Positions 38,395 through 49,214 of a DNA stretch of 64,000 nucleotides are shown in pieces. Both the position numbers and the translations under genes were made by a program. The notes under the pieces were generated by a model that did no database searches, was not told the origin of the DNA, and saw only the letters and a program-made list of their open reading frames with translations. Source of the stretch: Gammaproteobacteria bacterium (GTDB taxonomy: Bacteria > Pseudomonadota > Gammaproteobacteria > JAKDMP01); the NCBI GenBank assembly GCA_050739575.1, contig JBOIBN010000001.1:26608-90607 (forward strand), given 5' to 3'. Positions within the stretch are counted from its first letter, which is position 1. Each line of letters opens with the position of its first letter.

Positions 38395-39104
38395 CGTCCT
38401 GCTCCTTCGCTAAGTTCTATAAGGTCAGCGCGCCTTTCGCGCGTGCGTCGTTCCGCCTCGCTTCGCCGCCAGCGGCGAATCGCCGCATGATCGCCCGAAA
38501 GCAATATCTCGGGTACCCGACGCTCCTCGATCTCCTCGGGCCGCGTGTAGTGGGGGCAATCGAGCAGCCCCACCGCAAAAGAATCTTCGTCGGCGGACTC
38601 CGCGTCGCCTAACACGCCCGGCACGAACCGGAAGGTGGCATCCAGCACGACCAGCGCGGCCGGCTCACCGCCCGAAAGCACATAATCGCCGATCGAGAGT
38701 TCCACGTCCACACAACCTTCGATAAAACGCTCGTCCACACCTTCGTAACGCCCGCAGACGAGGATCACGCCCGGCCCTGCGGCCAGCGCCCGCGCCCGTT
38801 CGTCGTCGAAACGCTCGCCTTGGGGTGTGAGATACACCACCGGCGCCATCTCGCCTCGTGCCGCCTGCGCCGCGCGCACCGCCGCGGCCAGCGGCGCAAA
38901 CTTCATCACCATCCCCGGACCGCCGCCGTAGGGGCGATCGTCCACGCTGCGATGCGGATCGTCGGTGTAGTCGCGCGGATTCCACAATTCCACGCTCACC
39001 AGTCCCGCGACCAGCGCCCGCGCGGCCACGCCGTAACCGAGCGCACCGCGGATCATCTCCGGAAACAGGCTCACCACGTCGAACCGGAGCGCCCGCTCAG
39101 TCAT
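38391..39104 (-). CDS. trmD: tRNA (guanine37-N1)-methyltransferase TrmD
   Basis: Start [17 protein letters not shown]. The six-frame ORF has a spurious N-terminal extension. Confidence 0.85.
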   Translation of the reverse strand: MTERALRFDVVSLFPEMIRGALGYGVAARALVAGLVSVELWNPRDYTDDPHRSVDDRPYGGGPGMVMKFAPLAAAVRAAQAARGEMAPVVYLTPQGERFDDERARALAAGPGVILVCGRYEGVDERFIEGCVDVELSIGDYVLSGGEPAALVVLDATFRFVPGVLGDAESADEDSFAVGLLDCPHYTRPEEIEERRVPEILLSGDHAAIRRWRRSEAERRTRERRADLIELSEGAGR

Positions 39105-39606
39105 CCGCATTCCAATCCACCACCATTCGCCGCTCCGCGAGCGATACACCGTCCACATACACCCCGGGAGCGTAGGGAATCAGCCGCTCGCGTTCTCCGT
39201 CCTTCACCACGATCACGTCGTGGCCGCCGGTTTCGATAAAGCCGGCGATGCGACCCAAGGTCGCACCCGCCCGGTTCTCCACCGCGAGGCCGATCAGATC
39301 GGCCCAGTAGTATTCCTCGGTCGGCGGCAGCGCGCTGCGCGGAACCGAAATTTCCGCGTTCAGCAACGCCCGCGCCGTGTCGCGATCCGCCACGCCGGCG
39401 AGATTCGCCACCACCCCCGCGCCGTGCGCCCGCCCGCCGGCCAGTTCATATTCCCGGCGCCCCTCGGCGCCATCCAGCCACCAGCGCGGATAATCGAGTA
39501 TGCCTGTGCGCGGCTCGGTATGAGAGAAGACCCGCACCCAGCCCTGCACGCCGAACACTCCCGCGATGCGCCCGAGCGTGACCCAATCATCCGCCGTGGG
39601 CGTCAT
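39097..39606 (-). CDS. rimM: 16S rRNA processing protein RimM
   Basis: The true start is [26 protein letters not shown]. The Arg-rich extension in the ORF track is an artefact. Confidence 0.8.
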   Translation of the reverse strand: MTPTADDWVTLGRIAGVFGVQGWVRVFSHTEPRTGILDYPRWWLDGAEGRREYELAGGRAHGAGVVANLAGVADRDTARALLNAEISVPRSALPPTEEYYWADLIGLAVENRAGATLGRIAGFIETGGHDVIVVKDGERERLIPYAPGVYVDGVSLAERRMVVDWNADD

Positions 39607-39616
39607 CGAAAATCGC

Positions 39617-40114
39617 CTAGGTGTTGTCGGCCTCGGCCTTGGAGTCAGCCTCTGCCCTTGTCTCGGTCTCTGCCGGCGCCTCCACCGCTGCCGACGCCGC
39701 GGCCTCTGCCTCAGCCTTCGTTTCGGTCTCTGTCGGCGCCTCAACTTCCGCCAGCGACTCGGTCACAGTCGGCGCTTTGGGCTCGGTCGGCTCCTTGGTC
39801 TCTGCCGATGCCTCGACCTTGGTCGGTGCTTTTGTCGGCGCCTTGATCGGTGCCTCGACGGCCGGCTGTGCGTCCCGGCCCGCTTCCTTGATGAGCGCCG
39901 CCACCCGATCCGAGGTCTGCGCGCCCTGGCCGCGCCAATAGCTCACCCGCTCGGAATTGAGCGAAAGCCTCTGTTCGCCGCCCGTTGCGATCGGGTTGAA
40001 GTACCCGACGCGCTCGATAAAGCGGCCATTGCGCGCCCGCCGACTGTCCGTCACCACGACGTGGTAGAAGGGCCGCTTCTTCGCGCCGCCGCGTGCCAAT
40101 CTGATCGTTACCAT
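39617..40114 (-). CDS. rpsP: 30S ribosomal protein S16 with an ~80-aa Ala/Glu/Thr/Pro-rich C-terminal extension
   Basis: The core is [25 protein letters not shown]. It is followed by [12 protein letters not shown]... repeats. Confidence 0.8.
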   Translation of the reverse strand: MVTIRLARGGAKKRPFYHVVVTDSRRARNGRFIERVGYFNPIATGGEQRLSLNSERVSYWRGQGAQTSDRVAALIKEAGRDAQPAVEAPIKAPTKAPTKVEASAETKEPTEPKAPTVTESLAEVEAPTETETKAEAEAAASAAVEAPAETETRAEADSKAEADNT

Positions 40115-40410
40115 CCGCGTTCTGCCCCGCGCTTGCCTGTTATGAAACGTAACGGAGTATTTTATGCGAAAAGACCTTCTTCACGCCAGCGCGCCTTGCT
40201 TGGTCGGCTTAGGCTGATCCACGCGCTTCCATTTTCGAAATCATGCCAACCGTCCGGCCGCCGTGGTGAATGTGCGCCAGAAGCTGGAAACGCGCGCAGG
40301 CCTTGGCGTATATTCGAACTGACCGCGCGAGTGCGCGGCCCAACGGACGCCCGGCCGCATCGGGCTGGACCGGTGGACGCAGATGTTCCCGGTCATCTGG
40401 AGGAGAAGCT

Positions 40411-43006
40411 TATGGATACACGACCAAACGCGCGGCGCGGGTGGGCACTCGCCGCTTTCTCCGCATTTGTCTTACCGGCCTTATTCATTTCTCTTGCTGC
40501 CGGCCCAGCCTGGGCGGCGAGTCCAGCCACTCATTCAGGCTTACCGTCGTCATTGCGCCCGGCGCTCTACCAAGCGCTGGCAAAAGATGCGGGACCGGCG
40601 TTCGCGATCGGCCGGGACGGTTGCGCGACGCTGCCGAAACAGTCACTGAAAGCCTGTTTCGACAAGAACGGCGTGCACTTCAGTAGCGCACGAGCACCCG
40701 AACTCGCCCTGCATCTCGCGGCTTATGGGCGTAGTAACCATCTCGCGAGCGTAAATCCTGTTGCTCCGGTGATCGGCGCCCACCGCGCGAACTATGCGCA
40801 CGACAACGTAACCGAATGGTGGCGTGTGCTCCCGATTGGCTTTGAACAAGGCTTCACGCTGATCAAGCGCCCGGCGGGCCACGACCGTCTCATGCTCGCG
40901 CTAGCAGCAAATCACCACGCTTCCGACGGCAAAGACGGCGCGCTCGCCTGGGGTAAGTTGCGCTACGGAAAACTCGTCGTCACCGACGCAAACGGAAAAA
41001 TCGTCCCCGCGACGCTAAAGCGCTCCGGCCACCGAATCCTCATCGCCGTCAACGACTCGCACGCCGTCTACCCACTCACCGTCGACCCGCTGGTATGGAT
41101 CGAGCAGAAAGTCACTGGCAACGATAGCGCAGCGGGAGATTCTTTCGGCATCTCGGTTGCCCTTGACGGGACGACAGCCTTGGTCGGCGCATACGGTAAC
41201 AACGGCGGACAAGGCGCCGCCTATGTATTTACCGAATCGGGCGGAACCTGGAGTCAGACACAAAAGCTCACGGACAGCGACGGCGTCGCGGGCGGCAGCT
41301 TCGGAAGATCCGTCGCCCTGGACGGTTCCACTGCCCTGATCGGCGCCTATTTCGCAACGGTGAACGGCAATGCGGGGCAAGGCGCCGCCTATGTATTTAC
41401 CGAATCGGGCGGAACCTGGAGTCAGACACAAAAGCTCACGGCCGGCGACGGCGCGGCTTACGATGACTTCGGCTTCTCGGTTGCACTCAATGGCATGACC
41501 GCGCTCGTAGGCGCACCTCAATGTGTTTCCAATTGTGTTGGGTCGGGCAAAGCGGGCAAAGCCTACGTATTCAGCGAATCCAACGGAACTTGGACGCAGG
41601 CAGCCGAGCTGACCGCAAACGATGGCATGCAGGGCGATGATTTCGGTTTCTCGGTTGCCCTCGATGACAATAGCGCGCTGGTCGGCGCACCTCAGTGCGG
41701 GAGTGGTCCCATGTATTGCAACGGTTCGGGCAGGGCTTACGTATTCGGCCAATCGAATGGAAGCTGGACACAGATGGCCGAACTCACCCCAAACGGGGGA
41801 AGCGCGGATGATGCCTTCGGCTCGTCAGTCGCACTCCAAGGCACGACTGCCCTCATAGGTGAGCCTCGGTGTGTTAGCGGCGACTGTAATGGACCGGGCC
41901 GAGCCTATGTATTCGTGGAATCGAATGGAAGCTGGACACAGATGGCCGAACTCACCGCGAACGACGGTGTAGAGGGCGATGAGTTCGGCTCCTCGGTTGC
42001 GCTCGAAAGCGCGAGCGCCCTCGTAGGCGCACCTCAACTCACCGGCGGCGCCGATGCGGGCAAGGCCTATGCATTCAGCGAATCCAATGGGAACTGGACG
42101 CAGTCGGCCGAGCTTGCCGCGAGTGATGGCGCGACGGGCAATGAGTTCGGCGCCTCGGTTGCCCTCTCGGGCGCAACGGCCTTTGCCGGAGCGCCCTGCA
42201 GCAACCCTGATCCGGGTACGCAGGAATGCGGCCCGGGCGCGGCGTATTTCTACGGCCAGAGCGATCTTGGTCTCGCCATGAGCGTGCCTGCCCAAGTCAG
42301 CCTAGGCAGCAACTTCGTCAGCCAGACGATTGCGACCAATAATGCCAGCGCCGTCTCGCCCGCGGTGGCCGTGACCGTGACGGTACCGGCGGCGGCGAGC
42401 TTCGTCTCCGCAAATGCCACTCAGGGGAGCTGCAGCGAAGCCGCTGGGGTAGTGAGTTGTGCATTTGGTCCGATCAATGGCAATGCCGGCACGGCGACGG
42501 CCAATGTGACGCTCAAGGTGCCCGGCGGAAACGCCGTCACATTCGAGAACACTGCGAGCGTTAAATATGCGACCCCGCCGCTCACCGCGAGCGCCGCAAC
42601 GACAATTACTTCCAACAGCTCGCCGGCGGCGAGCAACGGCACGTTGACGACCAACGAAAATACCGCCGCCAACAGCATTCTGATGGCCACGGCCCCGAAT
42701 CTTGATCCACTGACCTTCAGCATCGTGGGTAAGCCGTCCCACGGCACGGTGACGATCAATGATGCGAATACCGGCGCGTACACTTACACGCCGGATCATA
42801 ACTACAGCGGCAGCGATTCGTTCACCTTCAAGGCCACCGACACGGTGACGGGGCTCGTCTCCAACACCGCGAAAATCAGCATCACCGTGAAAGCAACGGG
42901 CGGCGGTAGTTCAGGCGGCGGCGGCGGCAGCACCGGTTGGCCGACCCTGTTTACGCTGCTCGGTCTCGTGCTCATCGGTGTTTGCCTGAAAGGCAAGCGT
43001 GGCTGA
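40411..43006 (+). CDS. Large secreted FG-GAP repeat (beta-propeller) protein with Ig-like, adhesin-type domains and a C-terminal Gly-rich linker, TM helix and basic tail
   Basis: Signal peptide, then about 8 repeats of DxFGxSVAL...AYVF. The C-terminal region ends GGGSSGGGGGSTGWPTLFTLLGLVLIGVCLKGKRG. The start was chosen at MDTRPNARRGWALAAFSAF. Confidence 0.7.
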
Positions 43007-43029
43007 ACAAATATAAGATCATTAACTTC

Positions 43030-43060
43030 GAGGGGGCGGCTGTGGCCGCCCCCTCTTTTT
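43030..43060. terminator. Bidirectional rho-independent terminator between the FG-GAP gene and ffh
   Basis: GAGGGGGCGGC-tgtg-GCCGCCCCCTC followed by TTTTT. A-rich on the other side. Confidence 0.7.
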
Positions 43061-43109
43061 GTGAGTCAGAGACCCTGAAACGACAACCAGTTGGCTACGG
43101 CCGTCGAGC

Positions 43110-44465
43110 TTAGAAGCCGGGTGGAAAGCGGCCACCGCCGAGGGCGCCGAGCGCGCGCTGCAGGCCGCCCTTCTTGAACTTCTTCATCATTTTCTGGGCC
43201 TGCTGGAACTGGCGCAGCAGCCGGTTGACGTCGGGCACTTCGGTGCCCGAACCTGCGGCGATGCGGCGGCGACGCGAACCGTTGATGAGCGCGGGGTGGC
43301 GGCGTTCGCGTGGGGTCATCGAATCCACGATCGCCATCTGGCGGCGGAGAGCGCGCTCATCCACGCTCGCGGCCGCGCCGGCCAGCTTGCTTGCGCCCGG
43401 CAGATGCTCCAGCAAGGCCTTCGCGCCGCCCATGTTGAGCATCTGCTCGATCTGGCTGCGGAAATCGGCAAGATCGAAGTCCTTCCCCTTGCGGAGCTTG
43501 CCGGCTAGTGCCTCGGCCTGTTTCTGATCGGTCTTTTGGGTGACGGTTTCGACGAGGCCGACTACGTCGCCCATGCCGAGGATGCGCGCGGCCATGCGCT
43601 GCGGATCGAAACTCTCCAGTGCATCGGTCTTCTCGCCGGTGCCGATGAACTTGATCGGCCGGCCGGTCACCCGAGCGACCGAGAGCGCGGCGCCGCCACG
43701 GGCATCGCCGTCGGCCTTGGTGAGAATCACGCCGGTGAGCGGCAAAGTCTCGCCGAAGGCGGCGGCGGAGCGCACGGCGTCCTGACCCGTCATGGCATCG
43801 GCGACGAAGAGCGTCTCGATAGGCGAGAGCAGATCGGCCAATGCGCGGATTTCGTCCATGAGCGCCGCATCCACGTGAAGCCGCCCGGCCGTGTCCACGA
43901 TCAGCACTTCGGTGAGTTCCGCCCGCGCGCGCGCAAGCGCGCGCTTCGCGATCTCCATTGGCGATTCACCGGCCGCGGGAATGAAGCCGACGCCGACCGT
44001 CTGCGCCAGCTTTTCGAGCTGTTCCATCGCGGCCGGGCGCTGAACATCGGTCGAAACGAGCAGCACCCGCTTGCGCTGCGTGCGCGACAGACGCGCGGCG
44101 AGCTTGGCCGCCGTCGTCGTCTTGCCCGAGCCCTGAAGGCCCGCGAGCAGGATTACGGCGGGCGGCCGCACGCGCAGATTGAGTTCGGAATCGCCGGAAG
44201 AAAGCGCCGCCGCGAGTTCGTCCTGCACGATCTTGACGAAGGCCTGGCCCGGCGAAAGGCTCTTCGCGACCTCCGCGCCCAGCGCGCGCGCCTTGACCGC
44301 GACGATGAAGTCCTTCACGACCGGTAGGGCGACGTCGGCTTCGAGCAGCGCCACGCGCACTTCGCGCAGCGTCTCCTCGACGTTAGCCTCGGTGATGCGC
44401 CCGCGACCGCTCAGGCGGCCGAGTGCGCCGGAAAGTCGGTCGGAAAGCTGGCCGAATAACGGCAT
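43110..44465 (-). CDS. ffh: Signal recognition particle protein Ffh
   Basis: GTPase motifs GLQGSGKTT and DTAGR, plus a C-terminal M domain. Confidence 0.9.
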   Translation of the reverse strand: MPLFGQLSDRLSGALGRLSGRGRITEANVEETLREVRVALLEADVALPVVKDFIVAVKARALGAEVAKSLSPGQAFVKIVQDELAAALSSGDSELNLRVRPPAVILLAGLQGSGKTTTAAKLAARLSRTQRKRVLLVSTDVQRPAAMEQLEKLAQTVGVGFIPAAGESPMEIAKRALARARAELTEVLIVDTAGRLHVDAALMDEIRALADLLSPIETLFVADAMTGQDAVRSAAAFGETLPLTGVILTKADGDARGGAALSVARVTGRPIKFIGTGEKTDALESFDPQRMAARILGMGDVVGLVETVTQKTDQKQAEALAGKLRKGKDFDLADFRSQIEQMLNMGGAKALLEHLPGASKLAGAAASVDERALRRQMAIVDSMTPRERRHPALINGSRRRRIAAGSGTEVPDVNRLLRQFQQAQKMMKKFKKGGLQRALGALGGGRFPPGF

Positions 44466-44477
44466 CGGCGCTCTGCC

Positions 44478-44852
44478 CTAGGCCGCGCGAACGGTGCCGC
44501 GTTCGGACTTGACGTTATTCGTTTCGTCGAGAATGACAACGCGCGGCTTGTAGCGGACAGCGTCCGCGGCATCCATCACGGCATAGGTGCAAATGATGAT
44601 GCGATCGCCGACGCGCATATGATGCGCCGCCGCGCCGTTGGCGCCGATCGCGCCCGAGCCTGCGGGCGCCTTGATGGCGTAGGTCACGAGCCGCTCGCCG
44701 TTGGTGATGTTGTAGAGATGGATCTGTTCATATTCGAGAATGCCGGCGCGCGCCAACAAATCGGCGTCTATCGCGCAGGAACCCTCGTAGTCGAGATCGG
44801 CGGATGTCACTACCGCCTGGTGCAACTTGGCCTTCAGTAATGTGAGCTGCAA
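44478..44852 (-). CDS. panD: Aspartate 1-decarboxylase
   Basis: KLHQAVVTSADLDYEGSCAIDADLL aligns to E. coli PanD. Confidence 0.9.
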   Translation of the reverse strand: MQLTLLKAKLHQAVVTSADLDYEGSCAIDADLLARAGILEYEQIHLYNITNGERLVTYAIKAPAGSGAIGANGAAAHHMRVGDRIIICTYAVMDAADAVRYKPRVVILDETNNVKSERGTVRAA

Positions 44853-44906
44853 GTCGGCCTCCCCGTCCCTTCCGCGGGACGCTCGAAGAAATGTTTGGAA
44901 ACCGCG

Positions 44907-45767
44907 TTAAGAATTACGCGGCGGCACTCTTATATTATCAATCAACCGGGTTTTGCCGAGCCAGGCCGCCGCGAGCACGACGAGTTCTGCACCACCTTCC
45001 GGCGCCCCGAGGTCCGCCGCCCGCTGCACCGCGAAGTAGTCCGGGCGCAGGCCGGCCCCTTCGAGTTCGCCTTCCCCTTCGGCTTCCACATCCGCGGGCT
45101 TCGCGCCCGCCGCAAGCGCCGCAGCGGCAGCGCGGAGCGTCGCATACAAAACCGGCGCACGCCGGCGCTCCTCCGGCGTGAGGTAGAGGTTGCGCGAGGA
45201 CAACGCGAGCCCGTCGGGTTCGCGCACGGTGGGCATACCGACAATCTCGATCGGAAAAAAAAGCTCCTCCGTCATGCGGTGGACGATAAGCAACTGCTGG
45301 AAATCCTTCTCGCCGAAAATCGCGAACTCCGGTGCCACGAGATTGAAGAGACGCGCAACCACGCTTGCCACGCCGCGGAAGTGACCGGGGCGCGAGGCCC
45401 CGCACAACACGTCGGAAAGTCCCGGCACTTCGACCGCGACCGCCGCCTCGGTCCCGTGCGGATACATCTCGTCGGGCGCTGGCGCGAATATGGCATCGGC
45501 GTCGTGCTCGCCCGCGAGTTCGCGGTCGCGATCGAGCGTGCGCGGATACTGCGCATAGTCCTCGCCGGGCGCGAACTGGGTGGGATTGACGAAAACCGAA
45601 ATCATCACGAAATCGGCCATGGCGCGCGCGCGATCGATCAGCGCCGCGTGCCCGGCGTGGAGATTGCCCAGGGTCGGCACGAGGGCGACGGTTTCTCCCG
45701 CGCGCAGGCGCATCGCGCGCCAAGCGCGCACGCCGGCCGCAGTCGGAATCAGCGCGGGGCTACCCAT
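44907..45767 (-). CDS. panC: Pantoate--beta-alanine ligase
   Basis: VPTLGNLHAGHAALI (HIGH-type motif) and the downstream fold are typical of PanC. Confidence 0.85.
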   Translation of the reverse strand: MGSPALIPTAAGVRAWRAMRLRAGETVALVPTLGNLHAGHAALIDRARAMADFVMISVFVNPTQFAPGEDYAQYPRTLDRDRELAGEHDADAIFAPAPDEMYPHGTEAAVAVEVPGLSDVLCGASRPGHFRGVASVVARLFNLVAPEFAIFGEKDFQQLLIVHRMTEELFFPIEIVGMPTVREPDGLALSSRNLYLTPEERRRAPVLYATLRAAAAALAAGAKPADVEAEGEGELEGAGLRPDYFAVQRAADLGAPEGGAELVVLAAAWLGKTRLIDNIRVPPRNS

Positions 45768-45838
45768 GAATAAACCTGCGTTGTTTCACAAATAAGCTTG
45801 ACCCGATCTCTCAACCGTTCCTGTCAGCCTCCAGCTTG

Positions 45839-46663
45839 CTACTCGAACATATGTTCGGGCGCGGGATAGCTGCGATCCTTCACCGCCGCAACGTAGGCTG
45901 CAAGTGCGCCCTGCACGCTTCCCGCATCGGCCAAGAAGTTTTTGGAGAAGCGCGGCTTGTGCCCTGAAGTGATGTCGAGAATGTCGTAAAGCACCAGAAT
46001 CTGCCCATCCACCTCGGCTCCGGCGCCGATGCCGATCACAGGCACCGATACTGCTTCGTGGATACGCGCTGCCAATCCGCGCGGAATGCACTCAAGCAGG
46101 ATGATGTCCGCGCCCGCCGCCTCCAGTTGCTGCGCGTCCTCGATCATCCGTGCAGCAGCCTCCGGCTCGCGGCCCTGAAGGCGGAAGCCTCCGAGTTTCT
46201 CGACCGCTTGCGGACGCAGACCCAGATGCGCGCACACCGGAATGCCGCTCGCAGCGAGTGCCGTGATCACCGCCGCCTGCTCGCCTGTGCCTTCGAGCTT
46301 GACCATGCGCGCTCCGGTTTCCTGCATCAGACGTCCGGCGTTCTTCACCGCGACGGACGGGTCCGTGTAGCTCAAAAACGGCATGTCGGCCACGAGATAG
46401 GCGCGATGCAGACCACGCGCAACCATGCGCGTGTGATAGACCATGTCGTCCACCGTCACGGGTACCGTACTCGCCTGCCCCTGCACGACCATGCCGAGTG
46501 TGTCGCCTACCAGCACCAGATCCACGCCCGCGGCATCGACGAGTCGCGCAAAGCTTGCGTCGTAGGCAGTAAGACAGGCAATCGGCTGGCCTTGCGCCCG
46601 CATCTTTGCGAACGTCGCGAGCGTAAGCGATTTGCTCTGCATCTCCGTATCGCCGTACACCAT
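45839..46663 (-). CDS. panB: 3-methyl-2-oxobutanoate hydroxymethyltransferase
   Basis: LTAYDASFARLVDAAGVDLVLVGDTLGMVVQG. The start may instead be the internal MQSKSL, at 46642. Confidence 0.85.
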   Translation of the reverse strand: MVYGDTEMQSKSLTLATFAKMRAQGQPIACLTAYDASFARLVDAAGVDLVLVGDTLGMVVQGQASTVPVTVDDMVYHTRMVARGLHRAYLVADMPFLSYTDPSVAVKNAGRLMQETGARMVKLEGTGEQAAVITALAASGIPVCAHLGLRPQAVEKLGGFRLQGREPEAAARMIEDAQQLEAAGADIILLECIPRGLAARIHEAVSVPVIGIGAGAEVDGQILVLYDILDITSGHKPRFSKNFLADAGSVQGALAAYVAAVKDRSYPAPEHMFE

Positions 46664-47295
46664 CAGTGCGCCTCCGGATTGAAGTAGGTGCGGCTCCCAC
46701 GGCCACCGCGAATCTCGGCAAGCAGCCGTTCATAGTCCGCATCGCCGCGTACCAGATCCACCGTGGCCGCGTTCACGATCAGCAGCCGCGAGCGGTTGTA
46801 ATGATGAAAGAAATAGGTGTAGGCATCCACCACACGCTCGAGATACGCGCGTGAAACCGTTCGCTCGAAATCGCGCCCGCGCGCACCGATCCGTTTTACC
46901 AACACCTCGACGGGTGCTTGCAGATAGATGACGAGATCGGGATTCGGCAGCTGTGGGGCGACTCGCCGATATACTTCGTGATAGAGCGCCAGTTCGGCAT
47001 CGTCGAGCGTGATCTCGGCGAACAGGAGATCCTTTTCGAGCACGAAATCCACCACCCGCGCCGGGCGGAAGAGATCGGATTGGGCAAGCGTTTCGAGCTT
47101 GCGCGTGCGCTGGAAGAGAAACGAAAGCTGGGTCGGCAGCGCCGCCTCGCGCGGCTCTCGGTAAAAGCGCGGCAGAAACGGATTCTCCTCGGCTTCCTCG
47201 AACACAGCCTCGGCGTCGAAGGTATCGGCAAGGCGGCGCGCGAGACTGGTCTTGCCGACTCCGATCGGCCCCTCGATCGCAACGTAGCCGGGCAT
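46663..47295 (-). CDS. Deoxynucleoside kinase family protein
   Basis: The true start is MPGYVAIEGPIGVGKTSLARRL (P-loop). The upstream extension in the ORF track is an artefact. Confidence 0.7.
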   Translation of the reverse strand: MPGYVAIEGPIGVGKTSLARRLADTFDAEAVFEEAEENPFLPRFYREPREAALPTQLSFLFQRTRKLETLAQSDLFRPARVVDFVLEKDLLFAEITLDDAELALYHEVYRRVAPQLPNPDLVIYLQAPVEVLVKRIGARGRDFERTVSRAYLERVVDAYTYFFHHYNRSRLLIVNAATVDLVRGDADYERLLAEIRGGRGSRTYFNPEAH

Positions 47296-47306
47296 CGAGG
47301 TGTTGT

Positions 47307-47792
47307 TCACGATCCCTCGATCGGCGTAACGCCGCTTGTATCCACGCGGGCGAGAAGCTCCGCGACAGGACCCGCTCCAGGTACATTGGTTTCGGAAGCG
47401 ATGTCGCAGAGTGGAGCCAGCACGAAGGCGCGTTCGGCAAGCCGCGGATGCGGCACGCTCAAGCGCGGCGTCGCAATGGTCGCGTCGTCGTAAAGCAAAA
47501 GATCGAGATCCAGCGTGCGCGGTCCCCAGTGTTCGCGCCGTACACGTCCGTGTCGGGCCTCGATCGCAAGCAATTCTTCGAGCAATGGTTCCGGATCGAG
47601 CCCGGTTTCGAGTTCGGCTGTGGCGTTCACAAAATCGTCCTGCGGAACCGGGCCGACCGCTCGTGTGCGGTAAAGCCGCGAACGGGCGCGAAGCGTCGTT
47701 TCCGGCAGCGCATCGAGTTCTGCAAAGGCACGCATAATTTCGCCACACGGATCGCCGAGGTTGCTGCCGAGCGCGATCCACGCCCTCGTCAC
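47307..47792 (-). CDS. folK: 2-amino-4-hydroxy-6-hydroxymethyldihydropteridine pyrophosphokinase
   Basis: IALGSNLGDP...LDLDLLLYDD...PHPRLAERAFVL. The start is probably a GTG overlapping the pcnB stop. Confidence 0.8.
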   Translation of the reverse strand: MTRAWIALGSNLGDPCGEIMRAFAELDALPETTLRARSRLYRTRAVGPVPQDDFVNATAELETGLDPEPLLEELLAIEARHGRVRREHWGPRTLDLDLLLYDDATIATPRLSVPHPRLAERAFVLAPLCDIASETNVPGAGPVAELLARVDTSGVTPIEGS

Positions 47793-49045
47793 GCCTGCGA
47801 CCCGCGCCATCTATTGCCCCCGCGGCTTGGCGTCAACAAGGCCTTGCGCCTCTCGGGCGATGCACTTTGCATTTCGGTCCAGAATTCGACCTGCGTCGGA
47901 TCGCCGTCGCCAGCTGCGGCACGAAGTTTGAGAAAATCATAGGCTGCGCGGAAACGCGGATGCGCGAGCAGATTTTCGGCGCGTTTGCCGTGACGATAGC
48001 GAAAGCGGGTCTGGAGTTGCAGGATCTCGCGCAACGGCTGGGCAAAACGCCGCGGCACGGTTACCCGTTTCGCACACTCGCCGAGGATGACCGACGTTGC
48101 GCGCTGAATGGCGGTCGCCTCGCCCATCCCCTCTCCCTGAAGCCACGCCGCGTAGCGCAAGACCGGCGGCCATATGAAGGCGGCGAGCAGAAATCCAGGC
48201 GTGACGGGTTCGCCGGCGGCGACGCGCTCATCGGTATTGCCGAGCGCCGCCTCGACGAAGCGGACGGTCGCGCCTTCTGGTTCCGCCGCGAGCACCTCCT
48301 CCGTCAAGGGAAAAAGCTGGGCGAAGAGTCCGTAGCGGCGCAACGCCAGATAGGTGGCGAGCGCCTTGCCGGCGAGAAAAAGCTTGCCGAACTCCTCGAA
48401 CAGACGCGCCGGCGCGATGTCGGCGAGAAGCGGTGCAAGTTCGCGGAGAGGCGCCTCGGTTTCGGGATCGAGCGCGAAGCCGAGCTTGGCCGCAAAACGC
48501 AATGCGCGCAGCATCCGCACCGGATCCTCGCGGAAGCGCACGTGGGGAACGCCGATCAGGCGGATCAGGCGAGCCTCGATGTCCGTGAGGCCGCCGGTGA
48601 AATCGAGCACTTGGCGCGCATGCGGATCGTAATAAAGTGCGTTGACCGTGAAGTCGCGGCGAAGAGCATCCTCGGCCAGGGTTCCGTAAGTCGAATCATG
48701 CAGGATTCGTCCGGACTCGTGTATCTGCCGGTCCTCACCTTCGAGCGCGCGGAAGGTCGTCACCTCGACGAAGTCGCGCCCGTACAACACATGCACGATC
48801 GGGAAGCGTCGCCCGATGAGGCGCGCGCGGCGGAAAAGCTTGCGCACCTCTTCGGGGCGGGCGCTGGTTGCAACGTCGAAATCCTTGGGACGTGCGTCGA
48901 GCAGAATGTCACGCACGCCACCGCCGACCACGTAGGCCTCATGTCCAGCCTCGTTCAAGGTCTCGACGATGTCGAGCGCACGGGAATCTATGCGCTGCGC
49001 AGCGAATCCGATCTCCTGTTCGGGCACGGCCGCAGGAGTTTCCAA
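47789..49045 (-). CDS. pcnB: Poly(A) polymerase I
   Basis: Nucleotidyltransferase motifs GGGVRDILL and DFDVAT, plus the RNA-binding C-terminus. It has a TTG start. Confidence 0.85.
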   Translation of the reverse strand: METPAAVPEQEIGFAAQRIDSRALDIVETLNEAGHEAYVVGGGVRDILLDARPKDFDVATSARPEEVRKLFRRARLIGRRFPIVHVLYGRDFVEVTTFRALEGEDRQIHESGRILHDSTYGTLAEDALRRDFTVNALYYDPHARQVLDFTGGLTDIEARLIRLIGVPHVRFREDPVRMLRALRFAAKLGFALDPETEAPLRELAPLLADIAPARLFEEFGKLFLAGKALATYLALRRYGLFAQLFPLTEEVLAAEPEGATVRFVEAALGNTDERVAAGEPVTPGFLLAAFIWPPVLRYAAWLQGEGMGEATAIQRATSVILGECAKRVTVPRRFAQPLREILQLQTRFRYRHGKRAENLLAHPRFRAAYDFLKLRAAAGDGDPTQVEFWTEMQSASPERRKALLTPSRGGNRWRGSQA

Positions 49046-49097
49046 GGTGCTTTAATCCTTTTCTGCGTAGTGGGAAATGGTATCATTTTAGGTTCAT

Positions 49098-49173
49098 GCT
49101 CCCATCGTCTAGCGGCCCAGGACGTCGCCCTCTCACGGCGAAAACCGGGGTTCGAGTCCCCGTGGGAGCGCCA
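49098..49173 (+). tRNA. tRNA-Glu (anticodon CUC), CCA encoded
   Basis: GCTCCCATCGTCTAGCGGCCCAGGACGTCGCCCTCTCACGGCGAAAACCGGGGTTCGAGTCCCCGTGGGAGCGCCA is collinear with E. coli tRNA-Glu. The anticodon loop is CTCTCAC. Confidence 0.85.
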
Positions 49174-49214
49174 AATTCTGCCGTCTATCGCGACACTTCA
49201 CGCATAATGATCCT

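Noticed and set aside
39566-40410. N-terminal 280-aa extension of the FG-GAP ORF in the six-frame track (1146 aa)
   Set aside because: The extension runs antisense through rpsP and the intergenic region. A proper signal-peptide start exists at 40411.
46663-47781. Long Arg-rich N-terminal extensions on dNK, and similarly on rimM, trmD and the DsrE-like gene in the ORF track
   Set aside because: The true starts, where homology and the P-loop begin, are internal Met residues. The upstream parts are antisense or out-of-context GC-rich sequence.
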